This document shows positions 56,531-64,000 of a stretch of 64,000 nucleotides of DNA, one piece after another. Made by a program: the position numbers and the translations under genes. The stretch comes from the human T2T-CHM13v2.0 reference genome, Homo sapiens. The stretch is from the NCBI RefSeq assembly GCF_009914755.1, contig NC_060930.1; one strand, given 5' to 3'. Position 1 is the stretch's first letter; the number at the start of each line of letters is the position of its first letter. The notes below the pieces were generated by a model. The model did not search any database, was not told where the DNA came from, and was given only the letters and a program-made list of their open reading frames with translations.

Positions 56531-56951
56531 CTTATAGGGTTTAGATGCTTTTGTCCCTTCCAAATCTCATGCTGAAATGTGTCCTCAATGCTGGACTTGG
56601 ACCTAGTGGGAGGTGTTTGGGTCATGCCAGTGGATACCTCATGAATGGCTTGGTGCTGTGCTTGCAGTAAGGGGTGACTTCTCACTCTATGAGTTCACAT
56701 GAGATATGGTTGTTTAAAAGAGGTGGCAGCTCCTTCTTCTCTCTCTTGCTCCCTCTCTTGGCATGTGATACATTGGCACCCCCTTTACTTTCTGCCATGA
56801 TTGTAGGCTTCCTGGGGCCTCAGCAGAAGCTGAGCAGATGCTGGTATCATGCTTGTGCAGCCTGCAGAACTATAAGCGAGATAAACCTCTTTTCACTATA
56901 AACTACCCTGTCTCGGGTGTTTCTTTGCAGCAAGGCAAATGGCGGAATGCA
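56531..56951 (+). mobile_element. MaLR solo LTR (MSTB-like)
   Basis: 'tgtcccttccaaatctcatg...gggaggtgtttgggtcatg...cagaagctgagcagatgctgg..catgcttgtgcagcctgcagaac'. Confidence 0.9.
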
Positions 56952-57142
56952 TCTCCTTTTCTGGAGGCAATTGGTCTTCAGTTGATATATTCAATAATAT
57001 ATTCAATAGCAGCATGATCTTAATAGGTTTTTAGCAAGACATCCAGGTCATTTATCTTTGAGATAAAGAACAACAACAAAAAAGTATTTCTTTTTTCATC
57101 TTGATCTGTCTAAAATTCAGCCATTTCTCCACTCACTATATC

Positions 57143-57726
57143 TATTGAGGTTTCCAAGACCATTTCAAACTTGATGATTCACTAGAAGAGCTTACAGGAA
57201 TCAGAAGCTCTTATACTCATGGTCATGATTTATTACAGGAAAACAATACAGGTTAAAATCAGCAAAGAAAAAACCTCAGGGGGAGAAGTCCAGAAGAGAA
57301 GGCACAAGCTTTCAGGTACCCTTCTCAGTGGAGTTGTACAGGATGGACTTAATTTTCCTAGCAATAATGTACGACATCACATGCAAAGTGTTGTCAACTA
57401 GGGAAGCTCATCAAAATCCTGGTGTTCAGGTTTTTTATGGGGGTTCAGTCACGTAGTGTGCAGCACCTATGTGACTGACCTCAGCTACTCAACTTCAGCC
57501 CCTAGTGCAAAAACAAGTGTTTACCATAAATCACATTGGTAACATAAACTCTTTGGTCGAACTGTTATAGTGTGACCCAAGGTCTTAGGCATACAAAAAC
57601 ACTTAGGCAGAGCATTCCAAGGACTCAGAGTTCAATTGTCTAGAGTCCATGAATGGCTACTCCCGAAAACAGGTCTTTCTTGAGAATATAAGGATTTGTG
57701 AACCTGAAGCCTGCTTTTCTGCACAC
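57143..57726. mobile_element. ERV-L-class LTR (MER21/MER68/MER77 group)
   Basis: 'ccaagacc...tgatgattcactagaag...atgatttattacag...aaaatcagcaaag' ... 'ccataaatcacattg' ... 'ttttctgcaca'. Confidence 0.75.
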
Positions 57727-57824
57727 CGTGGGTGTATAGATTAGGACTACTGACTTGAGAGTGTCTGTGTTCAGTAAGAAACACCAGTAGAAGAAAAATA
57801 GCATCAGACAGGAATTATAGGGTA

Positions 57825-58035
57825 GAGATCAAGAGCTCTGGCTTTGATTAGACAGAGGAACTATGCTACACTTTCATGACTGATTATTGGGAGGTCACTT
57901 AACTTCTCTGTTGCTATTTTCTTTTTTTAATTTGTGGAATTGGGCTATTTGGAATATCTACAACAAAGATTTATTATGAAGAATTAAATAACTTAAATTA
58001 TGTAAAATATTTACCACAGTAAGTGTTCAATACAT
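57825..58035 (+). mobile_element. MIR SINE
   Basis: 'aagagctctggcttt...ttgggaggtcacttaacttctctg...agtaagtgttcaata'. Confidence 0.65.
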
Positions 58036-58606
58036 CTTAACAAAAGACCAAATGACCACGGACACCAACTGCTAACTGTGTGGTCTCTTGCCCCTAGAAT
58101 GTTTAATCTTTTCCACAGCAAACTCCACCATGCAACAGCTCAATGCCATCTGGAAATTGATATATTACAAATTAGCACAGAATAGGCTGTTGTGCTACTG
58201 TTTCTTGTGTTTGTAAGAACAGGGTTTGGGAAAGACCAGTTTCACAGGTTGTGTTATATGGGAAGTGGACTCTAGGAGGCATTAGCATGCAGAAATTATA
58301 TTAGGGAATGCTCCTCAGACCCTCAACTGTGAAAGGCAAGGGAAGGGAAGAAAAGGGAGGAAAAGAAGTCTGATTGAGAACAGGGAAAAGCTGAGATGTG
58401 AAGTAATCTCAGGGGAGTTCTTAGCCAATTCTACCACAGCTCTGAAGTTGGCATGGCCCTACAGACTTTGAGTGAAGAGAGCGGAACTTTATAATCCTGT
58501 GTCAATACAATGATTAAATTTTGTCCACCCTAGAAGTAGACACTGCCCTGGGTGAGGCAGCTCTCTTTTGCTGAACCATCACTGCTGGTGGCTGACAGTT
58601 AGGGGC

Positions 58607-58783
58607 AAGGGCAGTTTTATAGGCATGCAACCTGTGCAGACTCCCTGGGCCTCATGCTCACGAGGGCCCAGCATTTGGTTAATGCTCTGCTGCCACCACA
58701 TTAAAATTCTTAACAATATTTTAACAAAAGGTCTCACAACTTAATTTTGTATTGGGTCCAAAAAATTATGTAGTTGGTCCTCG
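58607..58783 (+). mobile_element. MER91A (hAT-Tip100) MITE
   Basis: 'gggcagttttataggcatgcaacctgtgcag...ttggttaatgctctgctg...aaattcttaa...aaattatgtagttggtcct'. Confidence 0.8.
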
Positions 58784-58820
58784 CTAAGGGCTGTTAGCAG
58801 CACTCTTAGTAGCTGGGATC

Positions 58821-59281
58821 TATTAAAGAAAAACAAATATTTAATGATACTTGTTAAATAACAATAACGAAGACTTTATTCATGACCATTGCAATAGGTA
58901 TAAAGACCACTGTAGTGGGGTCTTGCAAGGAGAGAGAGATTGGACTCAACTCTGAATACAGCATAGGCAAGTGGGAATTTATGGGTAAGGATCAGGGTGG
59001 GAGTCAGTAGATGAAAAATTACTAAGAGGAAACATGGGTCGGGGGTGCAATTGTGACTTGAAGTCAATCCAGGGTAATCAGACATCACCTGTGGGTTGGT
59101 GGAGGATAAGGATCCTGATCACATATCAGGGGTCACCAAATATTGGCGATGAGGGATTCTTGCTAAACTGACTTAGCAGAGTTCTTTGCTAAAACTGGAT
59201 TTTATAAGGAAGTGCACAGATGGGCCTAGGGGAAGTTTCAGAAGCCCAACTAAAGTTTGGACAAGCAAATAATCTTTGTCA
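58821..59281 (-). mobile_element. MER31-type ERV1 solo LTR
   Basis: The minus strand starts 'tgacaaagattatttgcttgtccaaactttag...cctaggcccatctgtgcacttcc'. A near-identical 4-bp TSD gatc/gatt flanks it. Confidence 0.82.
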
Positions 59282-59436
59282 GATTATATGTCTATATTTC
59301 TGAAGGGGAATTTGGGTGGTACATCACAGTACCAACTACTTCTGGTATATTCATGGTGATAGTCACTTCTAATAAGAAATTGAGTAATTTAAAATGAGCA
59401 AATAGGATACATTAACTGATTAAAAAGAAAAGCTTT

Positions 59437-59781
<345 letters not shown>

Positions 59782-60144
59782 TTAATTCCATATCTATAAA
59801 TGAGGAGTTCTGTTCTATTCTCTGCCTTCCTGAAATATAAATTCTGATATTTTAAATTATCATACATCTATTTGAGTTACTGTTTGGAGCTTAGAACTTA
59901 AGTAGACAACAACAATAATGAGGAGTTTTATACATCCTGAAGTCTCTGTTAGAAAGATTAGGGCCTTGTGCCAGTCAATTGTTTGGCTTAGGGTCAACAC
60001 AAGGAGAAAGCAGGGTGGAGAAGAGAAGCAGACATTTGCTTTTCTGGGTAGTTTTCTGGGTACCTGATTTTCTGGGTAGTCAACTTGCTGGGAATTATTT
60101 TACATTGTTCAATATGGGAAGAGTACATACACTAAGAAAAGCAA

Positions 60145-60183
<39 letters not shown>
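60145..60183. repeat. (AAT)13 microsatellite
   Basis: Read directly from the sequence. Confidence 0.98.
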
Positions 60184-60599
60184 CTTTCTTTCTCCTTATC
60201 ATCTAAAGACACTTTTCCTAGATTCTCGACTTTGAATTGAATTTGACTTTTGATATATCTTCTCTTTTCCTATGAGTAATTTTTTGGAAAATGCTGTAAA
60301 TTTAAGATAGTAAGATCTTCAGGAGAAAAGAAATGTGTAACAGGACAAAATAAGGTTCCCAAGATATCTTCTCAGTAAATACATATTCAATAACTTGCTA
60401 TATGGAAAATTTGCCAAAATAAATATTTTGAGCAAATCTATGTTACTACTGAATTCTTAGCCAGTTGTTTAATCTCTTGTTTTGAGAAAGGAGCTTGACA
60501 CAGGTGTTTATAATAATAAAATGCCAGTCTTCATTCAGACTAAATCCTTTATTCAACGTCTATCTCAGATATATCTAATCTTTTTGAGGTTCAGGCAAA

Positions 60600-60901
60600 T
60601 TTTCTTTCATTTTTGAGACAAGACAGCATCTCCCTGTGTCACCCAGGCTGGAGTGCAGTGGCACAAACATGGCTGACTGCAGCCTCGACCTCTTTGGCTC
60701 AAGAGATCCTCCTGCCTTAGCCTCCTGAGTCGTTGGGACCACAGATGTGTGCCACCATACCTGGCTAATTTTTTTAAACTTTTTGTAGAGACAGGGTTGC
60801 ACTATGTTGCTCAGGCTGGTCTAGAACTGCTGGCTCAAGCAGTCCTCCCACTTTGGCCTCCTAAAGTCCTGGGATTGTAGGAATGAACCTCTGTGCCTGG
60901 C
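60600..60901 (-). mobile_element. AluJ
   Basis: 'ctgcagcctcgacctc...ggctcaagagatcctcc...ttttgtagagacagg...ggctcaagcagtcctccc'. Confidence 0.92.
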
Positions 60902-61222
60902 AAATATTTTTAATACCAATCATAACAAGAGTGTAATACATTGATTACTTTTTAAAAAATGATTTTGATGTTAAAAAATTACTGATTTTGAAAACACACA
61001 CTAAACAATAGGTACACTTTAGGATGTCCAAAAATTGGCAAGAGAATGATTTACAGCTTAAGTATCATATTTTCCATGAAAACTTCCCTGACAACAAAAC
61101 CTGTAGATAACTTGTTCTGTGATGTCAGAGAAGAAAGGAAGCAGTAGGGTCAAGCAATGGAATTGATATATAGTTAGGGACAGAAAATGAAATACAAGAC
61201 AGTGACAGAGACCAGGTGGGAA

Positions 61223-61475
61223 GGCAGAATGGTGTGATGATTAAAAGTACTAGACCCCTGACTCAGACTGCTGGTTCAAATCCCAGCCTTCCCACTTTGT
61301 GAAGTTGACAATTTAGTTAGCCCTCCTTTCCCCCACCATGTCTTAGTTTTCTCATATATAAACAAACATGATACTTACCTCATTGGTTACTATGGGTATT
61401 AAATGAATTAATAGGTATAAAGTACTTAGACTAATACCTGACATGTAAGTGTCTTTATTAGCATTTCAAAATTAT
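61223..61475 (+). mobile_element. MIR SINE
   Basis: 'tggtgtgatgattaaaagtac...cagactgctggttcaaatcccagc...tagttttctcat...attaaatgaattaata...aagtacttaga'. Confidence 0.8.
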
Positions 61476-62354
61476 TAAAAGAAAAGGATCTCTAATATAC
61501 CAGGCACTTTACATACCTTGATTCATATGATTCTTTCAATAACGGAAATATAAATTGTATTATTTATGCTCTACAGATGAGAAAACTGAGGCTTAGACAG
61601 ATTATATAATTTATTTACAGACAAGCACATTGTGAGTGACAAAACAAATACCCAAATAGGGTCAACCCAAGTAGGACCATTGCACTTCTTTGCTTCTAAC
61701 TCTTCAGTGATTCCCTACATGGAGCAAGGAGGTTCAGGTGAGAAAATGCCAAAAATGCAAGTCCCATTACAGCTGGCCTTAAGGGATATAAACAGCTGCT
61801 TATATTCAGATTGTGTCTATAGGTTTATTTTTTTGCATTGTGGACTTTGTACACAAATCTTTTCAGTTGTGCAGATTAACTTGAGATAAGTATCAGTCAG
61901 GCTTCTTACAGTCAAGCACTGCCTGACTGAAAATAGGGGACCTGTGGCAGGGGGTGAGTGCCCTCAGAATTGCTATGCAGTCTGGCTCAGGCAGGCTTCT
62001 TGCAGACTGTTAGCTAGCATGTGCCTGAGGGAGGTTGGGAAGCTTGGCCAAACTAACACCAGAGAGGGTTGCTGACCACTCTCCCTATGCTACCTCCCGC
62101 TGGTCAAAATGAATGTGTGTTGGACTGTGTAAACTGAAACTGTGAAAGATGTGTCAGTGATTGGTGGAGTGCATCCTGAAACACCAGCTTTTAACATTTG
62201 TCTCATGATTTCTCATAAATAACATTGCATATGAGTATAATGAGCATAATTCTTAGTTTTCCCAGGAGGGTACTGGTTTATGCCTATTGTCCCAGTGTAT
62301 ATTTATCTATAGCACTGGCTTCAATGCACAAAATTGTCCTGATTCCAATGACAA

Positions 62355-62424
62355 ATTCTACATACCTGCTACATATAATGATCATTCTACATATCTGCTA
62401 TATATAATGATCATTCTACATATC
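62355..62424. repeat. 29-bp tandem repeat, 2.4 copies
   Basis: attctacata(c/t)ctgcta(c/t)atataatgatc x2 plus a partial third copy. Confidence 0.9.
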
Positions 62425-62984
62425 CGTTGTCTATAATATTTTCTGTCTCCCTTTCTAGCTATCTCTTCTTTTGGTCTCGTAAACATGATGAGTCCCTTTC
62501 TGTGTATTCATTTATCTGCAAACTATTTTTTTTACTTTTCAATTATTGTTTATTGCCTACTTAAACTTGTTTACACTGCTAAACTGATATGTTTATCTGT
62601 GAAAATTATTCGAGCATCTCCAGTTGGAATAGAATGCATTATAATTGTTCCCCCTAAAATTAATGGAAATGTATTTTTCATTTAATAATTTTTCACTTGT
62701 CAGCAGTGTTTTCAGGAATGAATTAAATGTGTTAAATTAGGGACAGCTTTATTTCTGGTACCTAGCACACTGTGGGCACTCAAAGAATGAATATTAATTA
62801 AATGCTAAATGAATAAATAAATGAATCCACAGGTCCATGTGTATCTTTACAGCAAGAATTCCAGCAGACTTCTGTAGACTTGTTACTGTGTTTTGTATTC
62901 ATTGTCTTCTCATGTAAACACATTATATTACTCATTGTGGCTGTTACTTTGAATTTCTGATGATTCTCAATGCCCATGTTACAC

Positions 62985-63398
62985 TGTAGTAAGTATTACT
63001 TCTCTTCACCAATATCTGATTCTTTTCTACTTCTGGGTACATGTGTGGATCACTATTCTCTATTTTATTGAAGTTAGGCGTGACTACATATCTTCCCTTA
63101 AAAGATGAAGTGTGGCTATATAAGCAGAACTGTGGATAAGCATTTATTGATGGTGTTCAACTCTCCACACTGCCTTTCATCTGCTTTCCTTGTTCACAGA
63201 AGCACATCGTAATACAGAGGTAAAATAAGATCCAAGCAACTTGGAGCATTAAACCAAAACAAGGAGGAGAGGTGTTCTGGAGAACTGCTTGAAACTGCAG
63301 TGGACTTTGCAACAGCAGCAAGTAAAGTGGTGTTCTGGCAGTGAGATTTGAGGATTGCTTGTTAAAGAAGTGTAACCTAACCTGTCTTAACTGATACA
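62985..63398 (+). mobile_element. Old MaLR LTR (MLT1H/I-like)
   Basis: 'ccaatatctgattc..cttctgggtacatg...tgaagttagg' ... 'tgagatttgaggattgcttgtta...taacctaacctgtcttaactgataca'. Confidence 0.75.
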
Positions 63399-64000
63399 CA
63401 CGTGGAATACTGTGGAGATTCAGTTAAACTATTCAAGTGCATTTTATAATTATAGATTGTTTTCACCAATTAGGTCTGAAGACAACATTCCTTAAGAATT
63501 TGGACCTATGTTTGTTCACACATATATGTCTTAGCATTGTAACTCTATAAAGCAAGAATCCTGGAGACTTAGAAGGATGTGTACAGGTTGTGTGTCTCAT
63601 GACTTTCTTCTACGACTGTAAAATTGGGATCTAGAAAGTGAGGAATGCCCTGCTCAATATCACATAGATGGCTAACTGTAGGGACATAAGTAGAGTCTAA
63701 TGTTCTCATCTATATATTTAGTGTTATCTCGGTTACATTTAACTATATCTCATATTCATGATAATTCTTTCAACCACAAGCCATAGCACTGGAAATTTCC
63801 ATCAGAATATTCAATATGGATTGAAGCTAAACACTAAACTTAAATGTTTGTTAAAAGTTATACTAGAAGAGGAGACAAGATTAGCACTTAATACTCATTC
63901 AAGTTAATAGAACCAGCCAGCAACAGTAATTCATAGAGCTCAAGGAATGAAATAAGAATTAGAGGCATTTGGTAGAGAGAAAGCTTGATAATCATAATGA

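Larger units (their letters stand above)
58250..59340 (-). mobile_element. LTR16-like ERV-L LTR, split by MER91A and MER31
   Basis: 'cagctctgaagttggcatggccct...ccctgggtgaggcagctctc' resumes at 58788-58820 and again at 59290-59340 ('ctgaaggggaatttgggtggtacatcacagta'). Confidence 0.7.

Overview
This is AT-rich, repeat-dense primate genomic DNA, most likely human because it carries a near-consensus AluYb8 at 41435-41748. It looks intergenic or deep-intronic. I find no intact protein-coding gene, RNA gene or CRISPR array, and nearly all ORF-track entries are chance ORFs or frames inside Alu, L1, LTR or simple repeats. The one gene-derived object is a full-length, decayed processed pseudogene of THAP12/PRKRIR (~27410-31064, +) interrupted by an AluY. 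The window also holds an ancient two-LTR ERV-L provirus (~8171-14760, -), a second ERV-L gag-pro-pol remnant (~53100-56210, +), many solo LTRs, 14 Alu elements or fragments, L1/L2/MIR pieces, DNA transposon fossils and microsatellites. The structure not explained by these repeats is a set of local templated-duplication scars. The clearest are a ~430-bp segment built from an upstream and a downstream donor (33595-34020) and a hairpin-flanked ~60-bp insertion later hit by an AluY, whose donor keeps the empty site (18876-19330 vs 20507-20568). There is also a candidate developmental enhancer (~36850-37070) and a CTCF-like site (~50061). I cannot support a new multi-gene biological system from this sequence. 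Repeat subfamily names and parent-protein comparisons come from memory of consensus sequences and need RepeatMasker/Dfam and BLAST confirmation.
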